Source of the DNA: Takakia lepidozioides
Lineage: Eukaryota; Plantae; Bryophyta
Assembly (NCBI GenBank): GCA_030704615.1
Contig: CM060732.1
Span: forward strand, 41,540,001-41,604,000
Length of the DNA: 64,000 nt
Direction: 5' to 3'
Shown here: piece by piece, positions 23,861 to 36,482 of the stretch
How positions within the stretch are numbered: the first letter of the stretch is position 1
Layout: every line of letters begins with the position of its first letter
Notes under the pieces: generated by a model
What the model was told of the DNA's origin: nothing
Databases searched by the model: none
What the model saw: the letters and a program-made list of their open reading frames with translations, nothing else
Position numbers and translations under genes: made by a program

Positions 23861-24732
23861 ATGAAAACGATGATGGCGCTACCCGGAGTCGCTTTGATCA
23901 GCTTTGGCGTCGTTCTGTTGCTTCTTCTGGCTACTGGTTTGAATTCTCTCGACGCATATTCAATATTTCTACTGGATACTATATACTGATGCAGTCTAGC
24001 ACTAGCCTCTTTCAAGGCGCTGCTTTTGCAGGTCTCGTTATGGCTGCTCTGATGTCGATTGGCATAAACTAGGTCCTTTGTCCCGGTGTGTCTTCTACCT
24101 TCTCATACTGGATGTTGGTTTGGATACATCTCGCAGGCCTATTGGAACGAGTCACATGTGACTTGCCTTTTTCTCGCGCAAGCACCTAGCTTAATTCGAT
24201 ATTGTATTACATAGCACAAGTTTGAGTGATTCCTTGTTCCGACCATCAAAAAAGAGTCAAAGATTTGGTCCCGATTTCAATGTCCAAGGTTGTTCTGTCC
24301 TGATGAACATACCCATCCCACTAACTTTCTTATCTACAACACGTTCACAGCTGAAATTTCATCGCTGCGGTGTGTGTGGGTGGGGTGGTTGTATCAGGAG
24401 GAAATGCCCAGGTAACAGAGCCTATCTGTCAGACTTCTGAAGCTAGCGGACTCGTTACAGACTGCACGCCAGTATTTAGCTATCTAGAGAATCTTGGTTT
24501 AACGGCTTGCTGTAACGCAAATGAAGGCGGAAGCCAATGCACCACCATCTATAACTATGGTACTTGCGCCGTTGGGATTTGTGGAAGTGAGGCCTGTCAA
24601 CCCTGTAGCACAGTAGCCAGGTATGTGGATATTTTAACAAACAACTGCGCAGCGTCAATCAATGGGGCATCTCGTTCTGGTGGCTATCAATATATGAACG
24701 AGGATGAAAATCTGAAGATCGTACTTTTCTAA
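23861..24732 (+). CDS. Small secreted cysteine-rich protein, fungal Ecp2/Hce2- or KP4-like
   Basis: Coding exon 1 (23861-23936, MKTMMALPGVALISFGVVLLLLLATG; signal peptide) joins in phase 1 to 24398-24732 (GNAQVTEPICQTSEASGLVTDC…CC…GGSQCTTIYNYGTCAVGICG…C.PCSTVARYVDILTNNC…SGG; 10 Cys). TATA-like tract at ~23579 and a 5'UTR intron at ~23691-23838. Confidence 0.75.
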
Positions 24733-26009
24733 AGCGCATCGGTGAGAGTCCCTTCGAAGAAACCATGGTGAATCGTGACCCTAAGTCATATTTATACAAG
24801 CTAAATATACTGAGTTGTGAATAAATTGTCGCACGATGGGTGAGAGATGATATGACCTCCACGACTTTCTACCCAAGTTAGAGCCGTGTTGAGCAATCAA
24901 CTTGCGGATATTTGACGGGACTAGTTGGAACACTTTGGAACAAGGCCAGTGCAAGGAGTAGAGAATCAAACTCTCTGAACGAGCAGGCATGTTGTTGCTC
25001 CCATGGCTGAGGCAGGACGTAACTTGGAGATCTATTGGTCTTCTGAGCGAATAAAATATGCCAACACTTATCAGATGGGATGATGCATCAAGACCCATTC
25101 AGTGGCTCTTACAATATTGCTCGTTGCGTGTTCCTGCATCTGTGGTGAATTGCGTGATTGTTGGTAGACCTCTACATTTCTGGATATGTTATGTTAGTTC
25201 ACTTACTGTAACATTCTACTGATCAAAGATGCGCTGCACATTTTGATTGTTCAAATCTTGTTCAAAGCGTTCGGAATGCGGGCTATCGTGGGATCGTAGA
25301 CGAAGGTCCATAGTACTTCGATTGAGTCTCGTTGATTGCCGAGAAAATGAATGCAGCTTCGGTGTGGGGCTCTGCAATAGAAGCTGCAGGTTGACGAACA
25401 ATGTCCGGATAAATGATCCCAAATAGACCTTTCAATGACGGCCATTCTTTGCAACCAAGTTAGTAATTTAGCTTTGCAGGGAAACTGTCAGTGAAACTTG
25501 CTCAAAACAGAAAGGAGGGCACCGCAAGGTCAAGAAGATGAGGCAGTGCAGAAATTGTTTCCACTTACTAGTAAAAAGCTAAGCACTAGATGATGTGTGG
25601 GTGACGTTATTTAAGCAGTGCTACCCAGTTTATCTTGTTCCCTAGGACAGTGCAGAAATTGTTTGCACTAGAAATATATATATATATATGACGATTCCCC
25701 AAGAGAGACGTAACTTATGGTGTGGTGTCTTCACCACAAGGGCTACTGCCTTTCAGCTGAAAGGTGGACACCTTCATGACACACCAGCCACTGTTTGATC
25801 CCACAACCAAATCCAACATGATACGTGCCCATTACCACTCGGCTACATGCTGGTTGTCTAAGCACTAGATGATATGTGACTGATGTTATTTAAGCAGCGT
25901 TACCCAGTTTATCTTGTTCATATCCTAGGGACTTGAACGCAAAGTGAAATAAAAGGGGAGTTAATGTATTTCCAGCGCTTCTCATTGTTGAATAATTGGG
26001 AGTTTAAGG

Positions 26010-26790
26010 CTCACATGTGAGCTAGGCAACAGGCCATGCACGGACATGGGGTGCTCCCGGGTGGCCCCGCCACGACCCATGACATGGCCAGGGTGAATAT
26101 GCCGCGAGAATGGGTCTGCCGCCAGGTATGGTCTGCCGCGAGACTCAACTTGGGTGGGTACGCCCCGAGGTATGCTCTGCCGCGAGGTAGGGTGACCCTA
26201 GGTGGCATTGGGTTTGATTGCGGCTGTTTTCTAGGTTAAGACATAAAAAAAATGTTAAAATAATAACAAGTAGCGTGTAGTGTGGTGGTTGGGTGCATTG
26301 AGAGGTATTTACGAGGTTGTGGGATCAACTATGGTTGTGCCAAATTTCAATTAATGATGGTTTTGGCTGGTGTTGCACGTGTATTAATGATTCTCTTTTT
26401 GATGGGCGAGTTTTCCCCAAAAATTCTTGAATCCCGCGGGCGGGCTGCCGCGCGACGAACAGACCATTCAGATCCGCGAGCATACCCAACCTCTGAGTAG
26501 ACCGGCTGTGCCAAATGTGCATTAATAATGGTTCCGGCTGGCGCTGCATGTGTATTAATGACCCTCCTTTTGATGGGCGAGTTTTCATCCAAAAATTCCT
26601 AAGTCCCGCGGGCGGGCTGCCATGCGACGAGCAAACCATTCAGACCCGCGAGCAGACCCGACCTGCTAGCAAACCCTGAGCAGACCCAACCTGCCAACAG
26701 ACCCTGAGCAGACCCAACCTGAGCAGACCTGGACCCGCCGGGTGGTCGCGGGGCGCCCGACATCCGTACATAGGGCCCCCTGCTTGGCTC
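26010..26790. repeat. GC-rich non-autonomous TE remnant with a ~180-bp tandem duplication and AGCAGACCCAACCTG repeats
   Basis: 26330-26500 resembles 26505-26665. Short repeats at 26650-26735. No coding signal. Confidence 0.55.
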
Positions 26791-27249
26791 ACACTTCATA
26801 TTCTTAGGGACTTCGACAACTAGGTGATTAATATCTTAACTTGAATGGAAAGGGGAACGAACAGTTGTAGGAGGAATTTATATGACCTCTTACTGACATA
26901 TGAATTTCACTCAAACTTTTGAATAAAGGAAAACAATTCCAACGTAAATTTGTGGGGGCTTTTTTTTTTTTAGAAAAGGGGAGGGAGCCATTTGAGAGCT
27001 TTATTGACTCCTCCTTATAAGGGAGAGACCACGCATTGGTGCCAAAAATGAGTAAGATCCTAATATACCTCCACTAGATAGTACCTACATGAAACAGATA
27101 ATCCTCCCCCACTTAAATGTTATTTTGAATGTACCTTGATTGGATAAGACCCATAAATAAATCAAGATTACACATGTAAATATTCATAAATACAGAGTAT
27201 ATAGGGATAGACATATTTGTATATTTTCCTATGTTTCATTCTCCGCCTT

Positions 27250-28780
27250 GGTTCTCACTTCTCAGAGACCAATCCGACATTACCTGACTGCATACACAAA
27301 CAGCACACACAAGAGGTCATTTTGGGTTGATGGTCGGTCAAATCCTCCATGGGTCATGACACAAGGTGGAGGACAATGTGGTGAGGGCACCTTCTTCTTC
27401 GACCTATTTCAGCCTGTTTTGCCCTCTCATCAAACTCGGCCCTGAATTTGCAGCACGGAGCAGAGCTGGCATGAGGTTTTTAAAGATCCTTCACGATGGT
27501 GGGACAACCGCAATCGCAGGGTGTGGCTTAATGTACGACGTGAAGAAGTTTGTCCATCCTGCAAATGTGGGCTTTTGGCTCCTGTTAGTACCATGATTTC
27601 GTATTCTTCCTAATGTTTACAAGAGTTTTTTAAAGATCCTTCACGATGGTGGGACAACCGCAATCGCAAGGTGTGGCTTTTTCTTAATGTATGATGCGAA
27701 GAAGTTTGTCCATCTTGCAAGTGTGGGCTCTTGGCTCCTGTTAGTACCATGATTTCGTATTCTTCCTGAAGTTTACAAGGTTCTTGGGAGAGTCAGCTTG
27801 GTCTTAGCAGGCCGTGTTTCAGTCGTTGCCCGCTCAGCTACACCGTTGTGGTTCTCACGTCAGACCATCCGACATTACCTAACTACAGACACAAGCAGCA
27901 CACACAAGAGGTCCTCTTGGGTTCATGGTCAGTCAAATCCTCCATGGGTCATGACACAAGGTCAAGGACAATGTGGTGAGGGCACCTTCTTCTTCGACCT
28001 ATTTCAGCCTATTTTTCCCTCTCATCTGATTCAGCCCTGAATTTGCATATTGAATTCTGTAAGTTAGCTCGTTGGGTGGATCTGTGTTGGTTTGGAGTGA
28101 TTTTGACAAGTTACTGCCGATGTGGCAGCAGGAAAGTACCCAAAAACAGATAACAGATAACAGAGATGAAGAGAAGCTTTGGAATGAACACCTTTCCGAC
28201 CCCAACCAATGGTGGGACAATGGAGACGAAAAGCGGTGCATGCCTATTGGCTTGCAGAAAAGCAGATGCAATTCAGAATTGGACTCTACTGTAATAAGTA
28301 GGGTTAGGGTGTTTGCTGGAAGAACATCACGCCGTGCTGAAGGAGCGGGGATAGAGTGTGGGTCCAGATTCATCCAAGAGGGCCGGATTTGAATTTCCAG
28401 ATTATCTATAATTCCCTGTGGAAGGATAGCTACAAGAAACCTGCATGGGTAGATGGTCAACTGGAAGCCACAGCAGCAGCGGCACAATTGATAAAATCAG
28501 GCACTGCTACTCAAGGCACCTTCTTCAACACATTTCGCCCTTTTTTCCTCTCTTATCTTATCAGAGTCGGCCTTAAATTTTCATCTTGAATTCTGCAAGT
28601 TAGCTGGTTGAGTGAATCTTTGATAGTTTGGAGTGACTTTGACATGATACTGCCAATGTGACAACATGAAAGTATCCAAAAATAGGTAGCAGAGACGAGG
28701 AGAAGCTGTGGAATGAATATTTTTCTGACCCCAGTCAATGATGGGACAACCAAGGCAAAAAGGTGAATGCATGTTGGAAC
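27250..28780 (+). pseudogene. PDF-motif gene fragments, copy B (paralogous to 830-2350)
   Basis: THKRSFWVDGRSNPPWV (twice), DEEKLWNEHLSDPNQWWDNGDEK, FPDYLYNSLWKDSYKKPAWVDGQL, and a further KLWNEYFSDP.Q.WDN unit ending at the same AAG|GTGAAT donor as copy A. Internal duplications and frameshifts. Confidence 0.6.
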
Positions 28781-28792
28781 ACCACACCATTT

Positions 28793-29452
28793 GGGGGGGG
28801 GGGGTTTAACGACGCTCTAGTGACGCCCCTGGCGTCGCTAATCGCAATTATTCGGCCCCGCGGAAATCGCAAATCTACGTCGCATCGCTTCGGAGGTTTT
28901 TTGGAATTTTGAATTTTGAAAAATGGCGGGATCCACACAGTTAAAAAAAAGGCGGGATTGCCCATGGTTCCAAAAATGGCGGGACACACACTTGCCCCGT
29001 AGTGTCAAACCTAACCCTTCAACATGATTTAGGGCGTCGCTACAAATGACTTATAAATAAATATAAATAAAAACTCAAATGCAACGCCCAGAGCGTCGTA
29101 TAAAAAATGCGACGTTTTTTTTTTCGATTTTATTTTATTTTATTTTATAACCCGGGGTGCTTGTTGCGACGCCATGGGCGTCACACCAGGGGCCGACCCC
29201 CAGTGCGTCGCAATCCAGCAGCGACGTTTTTTTTTAGATTTTGTCCATTGCGACGCATCAAGGACTTGGCCAAAATCCACAAAAATCTGGATTTTGGCAG
29301 TATGGTGCGACGCCCTGGGCGTCACAAGCCCATCGCAAGCCCGTCTCAAGGGGGCTTTGCGACGCACTGGGCGTCGCAAGATGGGGTCGCGGCGGGGGCA
29401 TCGCACGGGAGAGGCACCAAAGGGGGTAGGCGTCGCTACCCCCCCCCCCCCC
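28793..29452. mobile_element. MITE-like element with poly-G/poly-C termini and GCGACGC/GCGTCGC repeats
   Basis: Starts G12-TTTAACGACGC and ends GCGTCGCTA-C13. Many oriented CGACGC motifs. No TSD because the two flanks are unrelated. Confidence 0.6.
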
Positions 29453-29459
29453 TTTCCTA

Positions 29460-29988
29460 CAGCCAAACTGGTCATAGCAATCAGACCGTCCAGAGGATCA
29501 TCTTCCAGACCAATATCTCGTAGATGGAAAGCTGGCTCCACCGAGGATATGTCACTGATGGGCACAGCAATAAGCCCGGCCAGCACTTGACCCTTTTTAA
29601 TGGTGACAGGCATACGCTCTGGATTGGCAATTAGAATGCGAACATGACCTCTAAAAGCCCTGATGCAACTAAGCAATGTTTTTGCAATGACAGGCGTTTC
29701 CAACCCTCAATCTCAAGGTATTTGCCTTGCGAGCAGATGAAAGCAAGGCCTGTAGACACAATGACTTGAGACATAGCAGGTAATTGAACATTAGCAGGGG
29801 CTCTAAGAAGAAGGGTGTCACCCTTGACAGGCATAGGAGCACCAGTCTTGCAGCCAGCAGCAGGTATGTGCCACTGGTGTAAGAGCATCGTGGGGCCACT
29901 CTGGAAACCAAAGAATCGAGTCCAGTTGTATGTGTCTCCAGCCCGTTGCCTGACTTCACATGAGACAGCCTTCATGCAAGCAAGATGT
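29460..29988 (-). mobile_element. Degenerate dUTPase-like domain of a Ty3/Gypsy pol, following the protease
   Basis: LLRAPANVQLPAMSQVIVSTGLAFICSQGKYLEIEG…AFRGHVRILIANPERMPVTIKKGQVLAGLIAVPI resembles trimeric dUTPase L.A…I.P…V.TG….P.G.Y..I…YRG.V.V.L.N…I.KG.RIAQLI..PI. Frameshifted. Confidence 0.65.
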
Positions 29989-29993
29989 CTGGT

Positions 29994-32800
29994 CCCAGGA
30001 AATTCCAGACTATGCCCTAAGGACCAATCAAGCCATTGCCCTTCTTCTCTTGGATTTTGAAAAGGCTTTCGACCGGGTGGAATGGTCCTATTTGCTTGCA
30101 GCCTTGCTAAAATTTGGGTTCCCTCATTCTTTTTGTAAATGGGTCAAGATTCTCCTTACTTCTTCATCCAGACCTTTTGCAAAGCCTCGGGATTCAAAAT
30201 TAATTGGAACAAAACTTTAGGCATGCTCGTTGGTGACCTAACGGCTTCCACTATGGGCTCACCACCCTCTTGGGGGGTGGATCAGGGTCTCTGTTGGCTC
30301 CAGCCTGGCGAAACAACCACCTTGTTAGGATATACCTTTGGTATTAACCTCACAGACCAGCAAATCTTTGCCTCTACATTATCCAAACTAAAGAAAAAAT
30401 TGACCTACTGGGGGTCAAAGCATCTCTCTCTCGTTGGTAGAGCCTTAGTGGTGAATTAGATTCATTCAGCTAGTTTATGGTACTATGTCTCCTCATGGCG
30501 CCCTAACTCTAAACAGATGCAAGTTATCAGACGTCTCCTCCGAAACTTCATTTGGGGAGCAGAAAGCTCCATCCACAACAAGAGACCACAGGTAGCTTGG
30601 TTACAGATCTGTTTACCAAAAAAAAAAGGAGGGCTAGGGGTGTTGGACCCTGAACCACAGATAGTGGCCCTCCTTGGAAAATGGATTCCGCGCTTTCTTG
30701 GACCAGAAGGAGGTTGCTGGAAATTTTTGGTCTATGACCACATTGCCAATTCCTCGTCACTCAAAAACACCCCTTGGACCCCATCATTGCGCTGGATCAC
30801 TCAAGGCTTCAACCTTAAATCAGTCAGTTCCACTCTATGGTCCAACATCTGGTCGGCCTGGGGAAGGCTCAGAAAACTGCTTACAAAAGCCCAGCCAAGC
30901 AACTTCTATGAAATCAAAAGACAACATCTGTTTCTCAATGACATACCTCTAACTGCTCCTCAGAAAAACCAGGCTATGAGATGGTCCAAATGGGACTGCC
31001 TCGGGGTCAGACAGGTTCATAATATATGGTCGGGAGATAGTCTCATCTCTCAAGATGCGCTGGCCCTTTTTGTGGGGAGGTCCCGGGCATCAAAAGGTTA
31101 CCATGATATCATTCAAACTATCCCACCACAGTGGCTGGCCACTCTGGCACTTGGCCCTCCGCAGCCAGCTCCCAACTCATGGGCTTTAGTCATTCTGCAA
31201 AACAAGCTTACCATTCTGTTTCTAGATGAACTCAGTCACAATGATATGTCAGTATACACCTTCTCTATTGACACCTTCTCTCTTAGGCTTACACTTACAA
31301 ACCCAAACCCAGTTCACTTCAATCTCATGACTCTAACGCCGGTGAGGATATGCTGCTGGACAGCCCCAGATAAAGCCATGGATCCTATACCACCCCTTAC
31401 AACCACAACCAGATCCTGGCTTCTTTCTAACACCTTTGTTTGGATTCTAGGGAACTCGCAGAAATGGACATTGACCCCCATGAATGGTCCTGGAAATTCA
31501 ACAATGCTCCAGAGCCCTTCTTTGCATACACAACTAAGAAAGGATACCAAGCATTATCTGTGTCTTAACCTATGAACAAGAAATGGGAAGCTAGATGGGG
31601 ATTGTACAATTTCTATGATGAAAACTGGAAGACTATTTGGGGTTCAGTTTGGATTAAATCCCGCCCTTCAAAGATTGCATCCTTTCTATGGCAATTAGTA
31701 AATAGGGTTCTCAAAGTTGGGGAATGGCTACAGTTTCAGGGTTCAATTTTATGTGCTTGTTGTTCTACTGCAGTGACAGAATCGATAGAACATTGCCTCC
31801 TCTCCTGCCAAGCCCCAGCAAGGATTTGGCCCCATATCAAAACCTTCTATCAAACCTGGAACCCCTCCTCTCTTTCAGACACAATCATTCTCCTAAACTA
31901 TGATCCAACCACAAAAAACAGAGCCATTAACTGCCTTGTTTTTGAAACCTTAAGAGCATCGGTCTTGTGGCATCTATGGAAACTAAGGTGCAAGAATACC
32001 TTTCTAGGAGAGACCACTTCCATATCTGCCCTCCTGGCTACTATATTTCTTGACTTACAAACTGAAGCTAGGAAGGCATGGGCCAAAATATGTGCAGTCA
32101 TACAGCGGGATGCCAGGAACGCGGAGGCCATCCACAGGAACTTTCAGCACACCTGGGGTAGACAGGGGATCATATGCAGCAGCCTTGTGCAGGACCAATG
32201 CTACTGGAACACTCTCCCCCCAGCAGCCTGGCGAGATTTCCGTGCGCCGCTACACTCTTTCCCCCGAATTTGAAAGGGACATCAACTGGAAGCATCTGAA
32301 ACCCTCCTCGATGGCTTCCAAGACTGAGGCAGCGGCTGTGACACAGTCGGCGATAAGAGTGCACTACAGATAGATCGCAATCTCCATCATGGAGAAGATC
32401 AGAGAACTATCTACTCTCATTGCCACTCCTCCCCTGCCATTCTAGACAGTCTTAGAAAGTCCATCAGGACACTCCTCTCTCCTAAGCTTCGCTTCAGGTG
32501 TAGGGCAGTGTGCCCGGTTTTTTGGTCCTCTGGATTAGCCCGCTCAATGGTTGTTTAGTTCGTAGGAACAATCTATGCTCTTTTTGCATTTAATGTAGAG
32601 TTAGATAGGAGTTATTTTCGTATCTTGGACTTCATCTCTGTTCAGAGAGGCTGGCTCGAACTACACTGATCACAGTGGGTATACCTCATGGTGTAAAGGG
32701 GTTTTAAATTTTTTCCCCATCAAATAATTGATAATAAATATATCAGGGATATAACCCCCTGTTCCTTAAAAAAATAAAAAATAAAAAATAAAAATAAAAA
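29994..32800 (+). mobile_element. L1-clade LINE ORF2, 3' part (partial RT, zf-RVT, A-rich tail), inverted relative to its 5' part
   Basis: LLLDFEKAFDRVEWSYL, FCKASGFKINWNKT, LSLVGRALVVN, VAWLQICLPKKKGGLGV, CACC…ESIEHCLLSC, WHLWKLRC. AATAAA and an A-rich tail at 32768-32800. The RT core (QG…YADD) is deleted at ~30160. Confidence 0.92.
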
Positions 32801-32844
32801 GATCATGAAGAAATTGAGTGCGTTGACGCACTCAGTTCTCCGCA

Positions 32845-32876
<32 letters not shown>

Positions 32877-32893
32877 GGAAATATATATATATA

Positions 32894-32939
<46 letters not shown>

Positions 32940-33005
32940 CGGTCGCCCACCCCCCTCGCCGCGGAGAACTGAGTGCGTCAACACACTCAATTTCTTCATG
33001 ATCAT
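32801..33005. repeat. Foldback of ~45-bp arms around G- and T-homopolymer runs
   Basis: GATCATGAAGAAATTGAGTGCGTTGACGCACTCAGTTCTCCGC versus GCGGAGAACTGAGTGCGTCAACACACTCAATTTCTTCATGATC. A third copy starts at ~33138. Confidence 0.8.
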
Positions 33006-33719
33006 CGACAACATCGACGACGGTGCTGTGCGGGTCCGGATTTTCACCTTGGGTACCCGGCGGGTTGGGGGGGGGGTGGGGAAGGCGAAAAATAATAATA
33101 ATAATAATAATTTACTTGTTTTGTTCTGTTCACACCCCGCGGAGAATTGAGTGCGTCAACACACTCAATTTCTTCATGATAATGATTTCAAGATGATCAT
33201 CGACGACAATGTTGTGCGGGTCCGGATTTTCACCCTGGGTACCCGGCGGGTTAGGGTTAGCGTTTTTTTTTATTGGCCATTTGGCCGCCTGAAAATCCCG
33301 TTGGCGAATGAAACAAAGGGAAAAAAATGTCCAAATAAGGCAGTTTTCGCCAAAAACTAGGGGTCTCAAACAGGTCCTCGCCTGTGGACCCATGGGAGCA
33401 GCACAAATGTAGCCATGGCGGGCCCCATGCAAGATGATCTGACGGGCCAGATGAGGAGTGGGTTCAGGATTGTGGGGCCTCCTCCGTTTCCCAAGGAGAT
33501 GCTCATCGCCGGTCTTGCGAGAACTATACACCTCATTTGTACCAATTAACCTATGGTTTTCATATAGAATAGAAAGAGTTCCATTCGTCCTACGGTTTTC
33601 AACTATTTCTGCACTTCACCTTCTATTGCTCATCAACATCCATTTGATTTGCAAAATATGGCAAGGGTGGAAATACATGTAGCCTACCAATTCGAGGAAA
33701 ATTACGTAGAGTGGGCCAC

Positions 33720-33930
33720 TTGCACTAGCCTACACCCAATATATATAGCCACTCCTACCCCTTTTCAAAATCCCTAAAAAAAACCCTGATTAGGGTCCGG
33801 GTTACCTATCCGGATCCGGACCCGTGCCATCACCAAAAACTCGGACCCTGACCCGGGTTCATTTTTAAACCAGACCCGGACGCGCCAGCTAGGTCCAAAA
33901 CCCGTTAAACCCGCTACTCGCGGGCCAGAG
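33720..33930. mobile_element. hAT-family subterminal fragment related to 41041-41935
   Basis: CCGGATCCGGACCCG repeats. AACCCGTTAAACCCGCTACT is the reverse complement of 41790-41810. Confidence 0.6.
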
Positions 33931-34399
33931 TTGGTATAGTCATCTTCCCTAGTTCACTAGTTGACTTTCTAGAGAGTTTTACTTTCTAGATAGTTCTACT
34001 ATTGTCGGTGGGTTGAAAAACAACTCTCTAGTGGGTGTGGCTGCTACAGGAGTATACTTATAAGAACAGTGGCCAGAGAAGGTTGGGGCTTGGTGAGAGT
34101 GGGGCCAGGTAGGATCACGGCTTGGGGTTCGTCTTCAAGGTGGAGCGCTTGGGGCTGGTGGAGGGTGGGACCAGCTGCATGAAGTGTTTGGGGGTGGGAG
34201 TGCTTGGGGTTGACGAAGTAGGGCTGGGGGAATTGGGTCGATCGTCGTGCTTCTAAAGGGGACTCAATATTGCCGTGTTTGCCGTGTTTGGAAGTTTTGC
34301 CGTGTTCACCTCTTCCAAAATATTGGCTTCCACGGTAATAGAACCCCCTCTAAACCCTGTCCTCGGTTATAGGACTTGCTTCTCCCTCCTCTAAACCCT

Positions 34400-34503
34400 G
34401 GGCTCACGCTTAGCAAACGTGAGCCTAGGCTCACACTTAGAGGACAAAGCGTGAGCCGAGCTCCTAGGCTCACGCGGCTAGGCTCACGCCGTAGCTACGC
34501 TCC
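34400..34503. mobile_element. One terminus of a non-autonomous Mutator-like element; the other terminus is at 36890-36966
   Basis: Both ends read …GGCTAGGCTCAC.C..TAGC…CC and abut a 10-bp duplicated target (ACCAACTATG at 34504-34513; CATAGCTGGT at 36967-36976, one mismatch). The two ends are now in direct orientation because of the inversion. Confidence 0.7.
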
Positions 34504-34720
34504 ACCAACTATGAACCCCTTGGTTTACTTAGTGTACCAGTAAGAATCAGTCGCAAAGTTGTCACCCTCACAGGGATTGTAACCATGGGTGAACAACTAC
34601 TTTTGGGGTTAGATTGGATGTCTAAAGCCATGGCTTCCATTGATCTCTGTACTAATGTTATGACCTTGAAAGATGATGAAGGTGGCAGCTGCAAGGTCAA
34701 TTTGAGTCAGATCCCCATCC
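34504..34720 (+). mobile_element. C-terminal half of the Gypsy aspartic protease, displaced by the inversion
   Basis: TNYEPLGLLSVPVRI…EQLLLGLDWMSKAMASIDL contains the retropepsin ILG.DW motif and continues …IADGTSY from 36967. Confidence 0.8.
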
Positions 34721-34733
34721 TGGCAGGCAGATG

Positions 34734-36482
34734 CAAGGAGGAGGTTATCCAGAATATACCGGCCTTTAATAAATCCTGTCTGGTTGGGCCGAATAATGAA
34801 TGGAAGAAGAGGTTGCAGTCTAAGGGCGAGAGCCTTGGCAATGATTTTGTAGGTGACATTCAGAAGGGTTATAGGGCGATAATTCGAAATATTCGTTCTG
34901 TCCCCCTTTTTGTACAACAAGGTAATAACCCCTTGAGCCATTGAAGGTGGCATTTGACCTTGCTGAAACAGGTGGTTGGCCATGGCTGTAAAGTCCCCTA
35001 AAATCTCTAGCCACAATGCTTTATAAAATTCAACAGAAATGCCATCTATACCAGGCGATTTGTTGTTCTGCATCTTAGATAGAGCTTCCTCTAGTTCCAA
35101 GTCAGAGAAGTCTCCCTCAAGTTGCGCGGCATATTCTGGAGAAAGCATGGTGGGAGTGTGAATCAGGCAGGTTGCCTGTTCATCAGAAGGTTCTAGGGAG
35201 ATGCTGTCACTGTGAAAAAGTTGTTGGAAATGGTCCCCAGCATGGGTTGCCATCGATTTTGGTGCTGTGTTTGAGATTCCGGATGGCTAGGCCACAAGTT
35301 CAGAGATGGTCTGTGAAGCTCTTCTTAATCTGGTCTTGTCAAAGAAGTATTTTGTCATCTTTTCCCCTTTTGTTGACCAGTTAACCCCCGCCTGTAACTT
35401 CCACTTTCTTTCCTGGAGTTTATGGTGAATGTCTAGATTGTTCCTGGCTTGGATATAAGTTTTGTAAGTATCTTCATCGCAATGCCTGGATTCCAATGCA
35501 GATTGGCATACTTTGAGGCATTTAGATAATGCCTTAACCCTTCTCTTTCGGATGAGTGCCAATTCCTGACTCATTTTTTGGCTTTCTGTATTGACCGCTT
35601 TTAGCTTGGCCAGGAAAAGCTCAGTTGGATTTAGGTCTGGGTTGCCAGCCTGAGACCAAGCCTGCAAAAGACCCTGTTTGAAGGAGGGTAATTTGAGGAG
35701 GAGATTGTTTAGCTTGTAGAGGCCTCTACCTCGTTGGCATGAATGAGGGATTGAGATAGAAAGGGTGATTGGTGCGTGGTCAAATCCCAAGGGAATGGGT
35801 TCCAGCGGGGCTCTTTTAGAGAATTGAACAAAATTGAGGGAAAGGTAAGCTCTGTCAAGACGAGCCATGCTAAGGTCGGTGAGGGTTCTATTGTTGGACC
35901 ATGTAAAGGTGATATTGGAAGCTTGACCAAAAATAGGTGTTGCCTCCTTGAGACTATGTGTTTGAGCACAGTTGAACCATTGGTCCATCTCTTCTGAATT
36001 TGGGGTGAAGGTTCCAGCCCCTTGCCTATCCTCCTGAACCTCAACCATATTAAGATCACCTGCTACAATCCAGCTGTCTATGTTTAGTTGATCTTTCATT
36101 CTTGCATTGAGAAGTCTCCAGAATTCTGACCTTTCTGCAGATGAGTTTGGAGCGTAAATGTTCACTAACCCAATCGAGCCAGCTGCGTTGGGTAGGGTTA
36201 TTGCGCAGAACTGCAGTCTGCCAGGTATCCATATATCTTCTGTTGCGAGAAAGGGTTGTAAAGAAGGAGATAATAATATCGCCGTCCCTCCTTTGGTGCC
36301 TGAAGAGGTTGGTTTCCAAAGAGAGTTTGTTATAGGCCATAGATAGTCTGAAAGGTTGTCGATTTTGGTCTGGTCTAGCTTGTGTTCCTGTAGAAATATT
36401 ATAGAGTCACCAGATAGGAAGGGAGCCATCCAAGTTTTGATTCTCAACCTTTTGAGAGAGGAAGGATCTGATCCAAGGCCCC
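34734..36482 (-). mobile_element. Same LINE, 5' part (AP endonuclease and start of RT); ORF1 absent
   Basis: IIFLQEHK, LVNIYAPN, WIVAGDLN, ARLDRAYLS, FDHAPI, KSPGIDGISVEFYK, NYRPITLLNVTYKIIAK, NQTGFIKGRYILDNLLLA, continuing at 29994 as QEI.DYA…LDFEKAFDRV. TSD AAGATCATG at 32799-32807 and as reverse complement at 36483-36491. Confidence 0.92.

Noticed and set aside
32720-33047. Poly-Lys/poly-Pro ORFs
   Set aside because: Translations of T and G homopolymer runs.
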